Positions 6,052 to 15,039 of a stretch of 15,039 nucleotides of DNA are shown here, one piece after another. The DNA is from Promethearchaeota archaeon (GTDB lineage Archaea > Asgardarchaeota > Lokiarchaeia > Sigyniarchaeales > SOKP01): the NCBI GenBank assembly GCA_004524535.1, contig SDNY01000090.1, positions 1 through 15,039 on the forward strand. The letters are read 5' to 3'. The notes beneath the pieces were generated by a model, which saw only the letters and a list, made by a program, of their open reading frames with translations, did not search any database and was not told where the DNA came from. The translations under genes and the position numbers were made by a program. Within the stretch, counting starts at the first letter, position 1; the number at the start of each line of letters is the position of its first letter.

Positions 6052-8859
6052 ATGCTAGAAGCTTATAGCGAGACTGTAGAGGAATTATTAAAAAACTTGG
6101 AGACAAGTGTAAATGGATTAACTTCTGGAGAAGTTGAACGGCGTTTACAAAGATATGGAAAAAACGAAATAGAAACTGGTAAAAAGATAAGTCCTCTAAG
6201 AATCTTTCTTAGTCAATTTAAGGATTTATTAGTAGTTATTTTAATTGTCGCGGGAATTATCACAGCATTAATTGGTATCATTGAGGATGATGAGAATGTA
6301 ATTATTGAAATCATAGCAATAAATATTGTCATTATTCTAAATGCGAGTTTAGGTTTTTATCAAGAATATTCAGCAGAAAAAGCAATTGAAGCTTTAAAGA
6401 CTTTATCAAAAAGTGAAGTGATCGTACTTCGAGATAACGAAAAACTGAAAATAAAATCAGAATTTCTGGTTCCAGGCGATATTGTATTCTTAGAGGCAGG
6501 GAATCTCATACCGGCGGATATTCGCTTGATTAAAAGTTATGAAATCAATGTGGATGAGGCAATATTGACGGGAGAATCGTTAAGCGTTCGAAAAAACATT
6601 CTCCCCCTCCCTGAAAAAACTCCTTTAGCCGATAGAAAGAACATGATATATAAAGGGACTACAATTTCAAGTGGCTCGGGAAGAGGATTAGTTGTTTCCA
6701 CAGGTTTAAATACAGAACTCGGAAAAATCGCATCATCTTTAGCTGGAATCAAAGCTGAAGATACCCCAATTCAAAAGAAATTAAAAATCCTAGCTAAACA
6801 ATTGACAATCTTTATTATCATCATAGTTGCGAGCATATTCCTTATACAAATCTTATTTGTTGGGTTAGATGACTTTACGGAATTATTCATTTTTGCTATT
6901 GGACTCGCAGTGGCGGCGGTACCCGAAGGATTACCCGCAGTCATGACCCTTTCCTTAGCAATCGGAGTTACTCGAATGGCAAGGCAAAAAGCCCTTATTC
7001 GGAAACTTCCTGCTGTAGAAGTTTTAGGCTCGAGTACGATTATTTGTACGGATAAAACTGGAACCCTCACGAAAAATGAAATGACAGTCACCTTAATCTG
7101 GACTCTCGATCATCAATATAATGTCACCGGGACGGGATACAGTAATTTTGGTCAGATAATGAAAGTTAATACTGCTAAACAAGTTGAATCTAAATATACA
7201 ATAGAATTAAAATCATTAATAGAAATTGGTACTTTAGCTAATGAAGCTTCAGTTGATTACCAGGGTGAGGGACAACCCTACAAAGTATTTGGAGATCCTA
7301 CGGAAATATCATTGTTAATTTTAGCCGAAAAAGACCAAACAGTCGAAGGGATAAAAAATAACTGGGATATTGAATATTTATTTCCTTTTGACAGTAATCG
7401 GAAACGAATGAGCGTTATTTCGAAAAATAAAAAAACAGGAAATCATCATATAATGGTAAAAGGAGCTTTGGATATAATGCTAGATCTATGCGATTCCTAC
7501 ATGGAGTCTGGTCAAAAGAAGCCAATGACCACCGAAATGAAAGATAAAATCAATAAAATAAGCGAAAGATATTCAGCTAATTTTGCATTTCGAATTTTAG
7601 GTTTTGCTTCACGAGAAATAAATCCTGAAGAATCCAAGAAATTAGTGGAAGAGAAAAAAAGTCAATTGGTCGAGGATAATCTTACATTTATAGGTTTCGT
7701 AGGAATGATTGATCCAGCAAGAGAATCCTCAAAACCCGCAGTATTGAAAGCAAAAAGGGCAGGAATTCGTGTAATAATGATTACGGGAGATCATATGGCA
7801 ACTGCCAGAGCAATTGGAACTGAAATTGGAATATGTGTTAAAACAACGCCAATTACCGGAGTAATGCTTGACAAGATGTCAGATGAGGAATTAGAAGATG
7901 TAATTAAGGAAGTTGAGATTTTTGCTAGAGTGGATCCATCTCATAAATTACGCATTATCAGCGCATTGAAAAAGCATAACGAAATAGTAATAATGACAGG
8001 TGATGGGGTTAATGATGCTCCAGCACTCAAGAGAGCAGACGTTGGGGTCGCGATGGGGATAACTGGGACTGATGTTGCAAAAGAAGCTAGTGATATGATA
8101 TTAGTGGACGATAACTTTGCTAACATAATAGAAGCTGTTGGAGAAGGACGGAGAATCTATGATAATATTAAGAAATTTATAAGTTACCTTTTATCTGCTA
8201 ACGCAGGAGAGATTCTGACCGTTTTAATTATTGTGTTGCTGTGTTTAATATATTCTAACCACATTATCCTTCCGATCCTTGCAATTCAATTACTTTACAT
8301 AAACTTAGTAACTGATACTTTTCCAGCACTAGCTCTGGGGGTTAGTCCTAAGGAGGAGGATATTATGGAAAGAAATCCTAGAGATCCAAGCGAACCATTG
8401 TTAACTAAAGAAATGATAATTAATATTGTCATATTTGGACTATTAAATGCCCTTGCGTGTATGTTTTTATTTATTTGGAGCTTAGATTTTAATTTAGCGA
8501 TTAATTTTCAGGAAGCTGATCTTTCACGTCAAAGAACAATAATTTTTGCCGCATTAGTAATCTTTCAGATAATCCAGTGTCTTTCGGTAAGTCAAAATAC
8601 CACGATATTTTCAAAAAAGACTATAGAGAATAAAGTGTTAATAGGAGCTATTATCTTGGCTATATTCTTATTGCTTTTTGCAATTTACGTACCTTTTTTG
8701 CAAATCTTTATGGGTACATCTCCGATTGGACCAATAGAGTGGTTAATGATTTTGCTTGCTGCAATTCCAATCTTATTCTTTTCAGAAATCTATGAGAGAA
8801 TAGTATTTAAACCAGAAAAGTTGGAAGAAACGAGTGAATCAGATACTGTTTGTGATTAG
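6052..8859 (+). CDS. P-type cation-transporting ATPase, type IIA (SERCA-like, probably Ca2+)
   Basis: [22 protein letters not shown] and [11 protein letters not shown] motifs; TM5 ANAGE and TM6 NLVTD Ca2+ ligands; about 10 hydrophobic segments. Confidence 0.95.
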   Translation: MLEAYSETVEELLKNLETSVNGLTSGEVERRLQRYGKNEIETGKKISPLRIFLSQFKDLLVVILIVAGIITALIGIIEDDENVIIEIIAINIVIILNASLGFYQEYSAEKAIEALKTLSKSEVIVLRDNEKLKIKSEFLVPGDIVFLEAGNLIPADIRLIKSYEINVDEAILTGESLSVRKNILPLPEKTPLADRKNMIYKGTTISSGSGRGLVVSTGLNTELGKIASSLAGIKAEDTPIQKKLKILAKQLTIFIIIIVASIFLIQILFVGLDDFTELFIFAIGLAVAAVPEGLPAVMTLSLAIGVTRMARQKALIRKLPAVEVLGSSTIICTDKTGTLTKNEMTVTLIWTLDHQYNVTGTGYSNFGQIMKVNTAKQVESKYTIELKSLIEIGTLANEASVDYQGEGQPYKVFGDPTEISLLILAEKDQTVEGIKNNWDIEYLFPFDSNRKRMSVISKNKKTGNHHIMVKGALDIMLDLCDSYMESGQKKPMTTEMKDKINKISERYSANFAFRILGFASREINPEESKKLVEEKKSQLVEDNLTFIGFVGMIDPARESSKPAVLKAKRAGIRVIMITGDHMATARAIGTEIGICVKTTPITGVMLDKMSDEELEDVIKEVEIFARVDPSHKLRIISALKKHNEIVIMTGDGVNDAPALKRADVGVAMGITGTDVAKEASDMILVDDNFANIIEAVGEGRRIYDNIKKFISYLLSANAGEILTVLIIVLLCLIYSNHIILPILAIQLLYINLVTDTFPALALGVSPKEEDIMERNPRDPSEPLLTKEMIINIVIFGLLNALACMFLFIWSLDFNLAINFQEADLSRQRTIIFAALVIFQIIQCLSVSQNTTIFSKKTIENKVLIGAIILAIFLLLFAIYVPFLQIFMGTSPIGPIEWLMILLAAIPILFFSEIYERIVFKPEKLEETSESDTVCD

Positions 8860-8880
8860 TCTAAAAATTACATTATATTC

Positions 8881-8887
8881 TTTTTTT
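8881..8887 (+). terminator. Oligo-T tract after the ATPase
   Basis: T7 run about 22 bp downstream of the stop codon. Confidence 0.35.
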
Positions 8888-8945
8888 CTATTATTAAAGT
8901 AAAATATAGGGAAAAATTAATCGAGTCTAATATTTTTAAAGAACT

Positions 8946-9380
8946 TTAATGAGAGAACTCCTCATGATCATGAGCCAATTTTCCCTTTTTGAAATTTCTA
9001 ATGATGACACATGTTATTAATATTATAACAATTTCAATAGCATTATAAATAATAATCTCAATTATTACTAAAATATTGGTTTGTTGTATATTTATAATTA
9101 AAATTATATTTAAAACCACTAAACTGATAATTTCAGCAATTATTGCTAATTTTAGTAAATTTATTCCCGTTTTAAGATAATCAACACCAAGAAGGCTATA
9201 ATCCTCTTTTGCAAGAATAGCAGCTATTATTAAACTGAATCCCGCATATAAAGATGAAATTGCTAGTAAAATTTCAATTCTTGATGAACCCTCAAAAAAT
9301 AATAAAATTCCTATAATTGGATTCAATACCATTAATATTCCATTTAGGATACATATATAGACTGCAGTTTTCTCTCTCAT
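8946..9380 (-). CDS. Hypothetical membrane protein (about 4 TM helices)
   Basis: Four long hydrophobic stretches and a polar, His-rich tail (HDHEEFSH). The ATG at 9380 is preferred to the GTG at 9392. Confidence 0.7.
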   Translation of the reverse strand: MREKTAVYICILNGILMVLNPIIGILLFFEGSSRIEILLAISSLYAGFSLIIAAILAKEDYSLLGVDYLKTGINLLKLAIIAEIISLVVLNIILIINIQQTNILVIIEIIIYNAIEIVIILITCVIIRNFKKGKLAHDHEEFSH

Positions 9381-9723
9381 TGTTAAAAACACTTCCCATT
9401 GGGGACTTGTTAAGAATTATTTTAAAGGTATTAATTAAATTTTATTAAATTTTAATCTTATGAATTATTTATTCTTATCTTCAATTTAAGCATAATTCTT
9501 CAATTTGCGTTTTTTTTGGAAAACTTTGCGTTTTTTTAAAAAAGAATACTTCATTCTATCTATTTGTTTATAAATGAATTAGCAGTTTTTTTGGAAACTC
9601 ACAAATGACTAATAATTCGAGAACATTTTAGTTGAACTTTGTGAACTTTTCTTATATTAAATAATTAGATAAAAAAAACTATTCTATGTAATGAATTTTA
9701 AAAAATAAAAAAAAATATAAGAA

Positions 9724-11490
9724 TTATTTATTCCACAGTGGATCTGCTTCTTGCAATTGCCTTCTTTGAACTTTTCCTAAGACATTTTTTGGGACTTCCT
9801 CAATGAATTCTATGAGAGTAGGACATTTCCACTTAGTTAAATTTTCTTCAGTCCAGGCTTTTAATTCTTCTACTGTGATTTTATTTTCATATTCCGGTCT
9901 TATTTGTACCCATGCTTTTATGATTTCTCCGACTTTACCGGCGGGATCAGGAAGACCAGCAACTGCGGCCTCTGAGACGGCTTCATTCTTCATGAGCATG
10001 GATTCTACTTCTTTTGGAAAGACTGAATGACCTGCTATTTTAATCAATTGCTTTTTTCGATCCATTATGGTGATAGTACCATCTTCTCTCATGAAACCAA
10101 TATCTCCTGTTAAAAGCCATTTTCTACCATCCCATTCTTTAATCGTGTCGGCAGTTTCTTCTGGTTGATTAAGATAACCTTTCATAACTTGAGGTCCACA
10201 TACACAAATTTCACCCGTGTTTTCTTCTCCATACTTTGATCCTGATAATCCATCTGCTATAAGTCCTTTATTAAAATCTTCAGTTGGAAAAATCGCCCAA
10301 TCTGTTCCTGGAAAAGGCATCCCGATTGTACCTAAGGGACTCTCTCCGAAAAGATTACCCCCACTTACAACTGGACTTGCCTCTGAAAGACCATATCCCT
10401 CAACTATCCTACCTCCTGTATTTTTTTCGAAAGCTTCTTGGACAGGTTTATGCAGTGGTCCGGCACCCGACACACATAATCTTAATTTCCCCATGATATC
10501 ATAATTTTGAATTTCAGGAAAATCTGCTAGTCGCTTAAATAAGATTTCTGCACCAGCATAAGCTAAACCTTTGGGGGCAGGAATTTCTTGAATTTCTTTT
10601 AACAATTCTTCTGTAGGAGGAGGTTTAGGAAAGAGCATCATCCATCCTCCAGCAGCAATAGAAAATGTCATTACAGCAGTCATAGCAAAAGAGTGAAACA
10701 TTGGTAATACACCTACATCACCAAGACCAGGTTCTTCACCTCCAAACCATAACATACATTGCAGGGCGTTGGAAACTACATTGAAATGAGTTAGATCTGT
10801 GGCTTTTGGAACTCCAGTCGTACCACCAGTCATTATATAGGTAACGGTATCCTCTGTTGGATTTATTTTAACATCAGGTAAATTTGGGCTAGTTTCTAAA
10901 AGATCAGTAAATTTATACGAAGGTTCAAATTTTACCTTACCTTTAGGAATTTTTCCTATTATTTTGCCCAAAATTCTTAGAACTTTAGGAATCCCAATTG
11001 CCATATCTGCCACATTTGTATAGATAACAAAATCTAATTTGTGTTTGTCAAGAATTGGTTCAACTAATTCCTTCCATAGCGAATCAAGTGTTATTAATGC
11101 TCTAGCGTTAGTAATTTCTAAGTGATGCAGTACTTCTAATGGTTTATACGTCGGATTTATACCTGTACCGATTGCCCCTAATTTTGCGCAGGCAAAATAT
11201 GCAATCACATATTGAAAACAATTTGGTAGTAGAAATGCGATACAATCATTTTTTTTGATTCCTAAATTATGTAAAGCTGTAGCAAAGGAATCAATATTCT
11301 TTCCCAATTCTTCGTATGTCATCCATGTTTCTAAGAACCAAATTACATTTTCATTAGGATATTTTTTTCTCTGTGTCTCAAAAAATTCTCCAAGCGTTAT
11401 TTCTGGAAAATCATAGTTTTTGGGTACATTTTTTGGCCACCATTTCTTAAACCATGCTTTATCTTCATTTACTTGCCATTTTTTAGCCAT
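9724..11490 (-). CDS. Long-chain fatty-acid--CoA ligase (FadD-like, ANL superfamily)
   Basis: YIMTGGTTGVPKA AMP-binding P-loop, EGYGLSE, GEICVCGPQVMKGY, TGDIG, DRKKQLI and PKNVLGKVQRR motifs. The ATG at 11490 is preferred to the GTG at 11502. Confidence 0.95.
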   Translation of the reverse strand: MAKKWQVNEDKAWFKKWWPKNVPKNYDFPEITLGEFFETQRKKYPNENVIWFLETWMTYEELGKNIDSFATALHNLGIKKNDCIAFLLPNCFQYVIAYFACAKLGAIGTGINPTYKPLEVLHHLEITNARALITLDSLWKELVEPILDKHKLDFVIYTNVADMAIGIPKVLRILGKIIGKIPKGKVKFEPSYKFTDLLETSPNLPDVKINPTEDTVTYIMTGGTTGVPKATDLTHFNVVSNALQCMLWFGGEEPGLGDVGVLPMFHSFAMTAVMTFSIAAGGWMMLFPKPPPTEELLKEIQEIPAPKGLAYAGAEILFKRLADFPEIQNYDIMGKLRLCVSGAGPLHKPVQEAFEKNTGGRIVEGYGLSEASPVVSGGNLFGESPLGTIGMPFPGTDWAIFPTEDFNKGLIADGLSGSKYGEENTGEICVCGPQVMKGYLNQPEETADTIKEWDGRKWLLTGDIGFMREDGTITIMDRKKQLIKIAGHSVFPKEVESMLMKNEAVSEAAVAGLPDPAGKVGEIIKAWVQIRPEYENKITVEELKAWTEENLTKWKCPTLIEFIEEVPKNVLGKVQRRQLQEADPLWNK

Positions 11491-11608
11491 AATTTTAATC
11501 ACTTTTTTTAGATAATAAGTTCTTGATAAATATTTATATCATACTTTTTAAATTTTAATTAAATTATTTATAAAACCATAATATTCATTTAAACTAAATT
11601 TAGATATT

Positions 11609-12526
11609 TTAGAAAATAATACTTTTTTTTACCATATGATGTGGTTTATAAGACTCTTTAGCTTTTCTTAAACCTGAGATTCCCAAATCTTGCTCTCGAT
11701 TAATGAAAATAGCAGTTTCACAGCAATTTTTTAAGAATAAATTGTTTACTGCTTGATAAGAACCTTCATATTCAATATGAGCTTTTTCTATATGGATAAC
11801 TACCGTTTCATTATTTAGTTTTTCTCCCAATGTGTATCCTACACACTTTCCATCCACGCAAAGGATACCTCCTTTAAGATTTAATTTATTGTAATTATCA
11901 AATGCTTCATCAATAGCTTTCTGTTCTTCTAATAAATCCTCGTTGCTTTGACACTCGTTCATATCACACCATTCAATTTGTAATTTTCGAGCTTTATCTA
12001 TATGATCTTCGGTTATAATATTGAAATCGTAATTATATTGCTCAATAAATTTATTTAACCACCTTCTTTTTTGGCGATATTTATTTCCCGCAAGAGAAAT
12101 CAGATCTTGTTTATTATAAACATAATCCCAATTATCACGATCGTCAAAAAACTTTAAATTAAAATGGATTAATGTTTCACTCTCTTTAATTTGATTGATA
12201 ATTGGTTCTGGAACTCGATGAATCTCAATATTATTTAGATTTTCAAATAATTCAAAAATAATTTTATCAGGCGTTGGACCTATTGGAGGAAGGAAGTAAA
12301 TAACATCTTTTTTATCAGATTTAGGTTTTTTCCACGTATTCAAATAACTTTTTGAGAAAATAATTAAATGATTTTTATATTCTATAAATGAAAAATCATA
12401 ATGATTGCGCCAAATGAATAAATTGGTAAACGTTAATTCAGAAATTTGAGGATTAAATTTCAGAAAATAATTATCAAATAATGGCTTGTCAGTTATTTCT
12501 ATTTTTTCCGCAATACTTAAGTCCAT
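11609..12526 (-). CDS. DUF2156 family protein (stand-alone aminoacyl-phosphatidylglycerol synthase C-terminal-like, tandem GNAT fold)
   Basis: SELTFTNLFIW, DRDNWDYVY...DLISLAG.KY, IHIEKA and INREQDLG..GLRKAKESY.P motifs; no membrane domain. Confidence 0.85.
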   Translation of the reverse strand: MDLSIAEKIEITDKPLFDNYFLKFNPQISELTFTNLFIWRNHYDFSFIEYKNHLIIFSKSYLNTWKKPKSDKKDVIYFLPPIGPTPDKIIFELFENLNNIEIHRVPEPIINQIKESETLIHFNLKFFDDRDNWDYVYNKQDLISLAGNKYRQKRRWLNKFIEQYNYDFNIITEDHIDKARKLQIEWCDMNECQSNEDLLEEQKAIDEAFDNYNKLNLKGGILCVDGKCVGYTLGEKLNNETVVIHIEKAHIEYEGSYQAVNNLFLKNCCETAIFINREQDLGISGLRKAKESYKPHHMVKKSIIF

Positions 12527-12570
12527 GATTAATATAAAAAATTGGTAGTAAATTAAATATAATTAAATTA

Positions 12571-13722
12571 TTAATTCTCAATTTCAAATATGGTTCTAAG
12601 ATGCTTATACTTTGAATTAAGTAAGCCCAATAGCTTTGCAGCAAATGTTCTTAGATTTTTTGCGTGCTGTGGCTTTTCTTCTGCTTGTTCGTGATAAAAA
12701 TCATGAAGTAAGTTCCTTGTCGCATCAGGACCATGAGAGGAAAAATAGTCAACCCAATGAATGGAACTCCTACAAATTCTTTTTATTTCGTCATCTGGAT
12801 ATTTAGATTTATCAAATATAAGATCATTGTATGTATTTATTGCCCTACTAGTCATATCTATATAATCAGCAATCGCAAACATATACCTACATAGTGAAAT
12901 TATGTTGGAAGTAGTTCTCGTACTTCTTGTATTTGCTGCTTCTTCAAAAGAATTCCATGCGTCAAGCCATTCTTCATTATGCGAACCATTTATTCCATTG
13001 TTAACCATCACTATATTAATTATATCACTAAGATCAACATCATGCCCCCGTTTTAATTTTTTATTGAATATATTTCTAAGACTAGTACCTTCAAGATAAC
13101 TTCCTGCTCCAAAATCAAGCAATTGATCAAGATCATTCGCAGCAGTAAGGACAGCACTTTTCATTTCATTCGAGTAAGGATGTTTCCATTTAATTTTTTT
13201 TTCCCATTCTTTTGTAAGTTTGTTCTTTATCCATCCAAGTTCTTTTAATGCATGATGCAAAACATGTATTTTAAAAACCCAAAAATCAATATCGTCAGTA
13301 AATCTTTTTCTCCTCCAATCTCTTGTAGTGTATTTCCCTAGATACAACTTTAAGGTCCCTCTAAGTAAAGCAATTTTACCATCTTTTAAAACTTCTTTTG
13401 CTTCCTCATAATGGCTACTATTAGGATCGTTAGAAAGTTTTTTTATTTGATTAAGTATTTTTCTGGCTTCTCCAGCAACTATATCACATGGAATACTCCC
13501 ATCAGACGGATATTCTCTTGATCCTCCTTCTACGAATTTTTTGAATAAATCGAATTCATCATCAGGTATAGTATAAAACGGATTATTAAACATTATCTTG
13601 CCAAATACATAATGAGTATAACCATTTTCATCTATCCATGTCTTATCTACTAAAGGCGAAACATCTCTAAGATTATCTCCGTTTTTCACAGTATCAGCTT
13701 TTATATCCCAAAGGTTCCTCAT
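12571..13722 (-). CDS. Hypothetical protein with a Pol-beta-superfamily (AbiEii-like) nucleotidyltransferase signature
   Basis: LLRGT.KLYL...RFTDDIDF (G[GS]T...R.[ST].D.DF-like) and a later KLKRGHDVDLSDI (K..R...D..D) motif; 383 aa. The ORF is solid, but the function is inferred. Confidence 0.6.
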   Translation of the reverse strand: MRNLWDIKADTVKNGDNLRDVSPLVDKTWIDENGYTHYVFGKIMFNNPFYTIPDDEFDLFKKFVEGGSREYPSDGSIPCDIVAGEARKILNQIKKLSNDPNSSHYEEAKEVLKDGKIALLRGTLKLYLGKYTTRDWRRKRFTDDIDFWVFKIHVLHHALKELGWIKNKLTKEWEKKIKWKHPYSNEMKSAVLTAANDLDQLLDFGAGSYLEGTSLRNIFNKKLKRGHDVDLSDIINIVMVNNGINGSHNEEWLDAWNSFEEAANTRSTRTTSNIISLCRYMFAIADYIDMTSRAINTYNDLIFDKSKYPDDEIKRICRSSIHWVDYFSSHGPDATRNLLHDFYHEQAEEKPQHAKNLRTFAAKLLGLLNSKYKHLRTIFEIEN

Positions 13723-13782
13723 AATATAAGTCTAAAGAAATTTATTTTTAAACTTTAATTTTATTATTTTTCATTAAAATCT

Positions 13783-15039
13783 TTATTTGGTCCAACTTGA
13801 ATCTAAATATTCAATCATCTTGGATGATAAATTCGTTGGTGGCTTACATGTCTTATTAATACAAACATAAGCAGTGGCTTTTTCTTCAAACTTATCAAAC
13901 CATTCAATAAAATTTGAGTATTCATCGATTTTAGGAGGATAATGGTCCGTTGGACGAAAGATCAATACTTTATTTGGCAGATAATATTTCTTAACCTCGT
14001 TTAACATTAAATTGGTATCATCTGCACCTGTATCACCTGCTACAACGAGAGAAAAAGTTGGACCAACACCAAAATCTACAGCGTTTAAAAACTGAGTATA
14101 AGCTATGGGAGTACTCTCGATCTTTTCTGCGAATACCCTTCCCAGCAAATCAGCCTTTTTTTCAAGATCTGTATCACCTGTAATGTAACTCAATCTAAGG
14201 AGATTTGACATTGCGATAGAGTTTCCTGAGGGGATAGCACCATCGTAAATCTCTTTTTGTCTAGAAATTAGTTGTTCTCCATCATCTGGATAGAAGTAAA
14301 ACCCAGCAATATCATTATCCCAAAAATGGTCAATTAATTCGTTATTTAAATCAAGCGCGATTTTAAGATATTCAGTGTCAAACGTAGCTTCATATAATTC
14401 TATTAATCCCCATATAAAGAACGCATAATCATCTAAATATGCTAAAATTTCAGCTTCAGAATCTCTATATCGATGTAGTAATCGATCATCTGCATTTTTC
14501 ATAGCTTTTATTATGAAATTCGCAGCCTTTTGAGCTGCTTCTATATATATCTTTTCATTTAAGATTTGCCCTCCCTTAGCTAAGGCAGCAATCATAAGGC
14601 CATTCCAATCCGTTAGGATTTTGTCATCTTTAGAGGGATGTATCCTCTTTTCTCTTCTATTGAAAAGTTTTTCTCTTATTTTTTCTAATCGGGGGCTGTT
14701 AATAACATCAAGAGTTTGAAGATGTAAAATATTATGACCAGTTTTTCTTTGTGTGGCTTCTTCTAAAAAGTTTCCTTCTTTCCTCGTATTATATTTTTGG
14801 AAGATGTATTCTGCATCATCTTCTTCAAGAATTTTTTGAATTTCTTCTTCACTCCAAACATAAAATTTACCTTCTTCACCCTCACTATCGGCATCTTCTG
14901 CTGAATAGAACCCACCTTCTGGTGAAGTCATATCTCTTAGAACATAAGAAAAAATTTCTCTCGCGGTGTTAGCGTAAATTTCTTTTTTGGTTGCTTGATA
15001 CGCCTCCAGATATGCGATTGAAACGAGAGCTTGGTCATA
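13783..15039 (-). CDS. YyaL/SSP411 (SPATA20)-family thioredoxin plus (alpha/alpha)6-barrel protein; 5'-truncated by the window edge
   Basis: Frame is open to 15039 (YDQALVSIAYLEAYQATKK...). Motifs: GGFYSAEDADSEGEEGKFYVW, P.KDDKILTDWNGLMI, LDDYAF, DGAIPSGNS and AYVC...C.PP. Confidence 0.92.
   Translation of the reverse strand, partial: YDQALVSIAYLEAYQATKKEIYANTAREIFSYVLRDMTSPEGGFYSAEDADSEGEEGKFYVWSEEEIQKILEEDDAEYIFQKYNTRKEGNFLEEATQRKTGHNILHLQTLDVINSPRLEKIREKLFNRREKRIHPSKDDKILTDWNGLMIAALAKGGQILNEKIYIEAAQKAANFIIKAMKNADDRLLHRYRDSEAEILAYLDDYAFFIWGLIELYEATFDTEYLKIALDLNNELIDHFWDNDIAGFYFYPDDGEQLISRQKEIYDGAIPSGNSIAMSNLLRLSYITGDTDLEKKADLLGRVFAEKIESTPIAYTQFLNAVDFGVGPTFSLVVAGDTGADDTNLMLNEVKKYYLPNKVLIFRPTDHYPPKIDEYSNFIEWFDKFEEKATAYVCINKTCKPPTNLSSKMIEYLDSSWTK

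Noticed and set aside
5053-8126. Short ORFs 5053-5268, 5535-5717, 6537-6752, 6771-7091 and 7941-8126
   Set aside because: They are antisense or out-of-frame shadows inside msrA, msrB and the ATPase.
9803-14972. Short + strand ORFs at 9803, 10217, 10284, 12902 and 14751
   Set aside because: They are antisense to well-supported genes and have no recognisable features.
1-15039. tRNA, rRNA or selenocysteine recoding (for example in msrA/msrB)
   Set aside because: No GC-rich structured RNA is seen, and the catalytic residues of both Msr enzymes are ordinary Cys codons.

Overview
AT-rich prokaryotic window, probably archaeal and Asgard/Lokiarchaeia-like (inference from composition, a GAGGTG Shine-Dalgarno, T-tract terminators and gene content; no marker gene is present). 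The backbone is ordinary metabolism: a partial flavin disulfide oxidoreductase, an SDR, divergent msrA/msrB, a P2A Ca2+-type ATPase, a membrane protein, an acyl-CoA ligase, a DUF2156 protein, an AbiEii-like nucleotidyltransferase and a partial YyaL/SSP411 protein. The notable region is 1403-5034, which holds two abutting cargo cassettes, each bracketed by a diverged direct duplication of the 3' end of a protein-coding gene. (i) A PIN toxin plus an unannotated 55-aa partner lies between two 57-bp repeats that encode the C-terminus of a TrpG/PabA-like glutamine amidotransferase and differ almost only at synonymous sites. (ii) A dprA plus ComF-like zinc-ribbon/PRTase pair lies between intact msrA and a 199-bp orphan copy of the msrA 3' end. 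No integrase or transposase is visible, which suggests a gene-3'-end replacement insertion hotspot for TA, defence or DNA-uptake modules.
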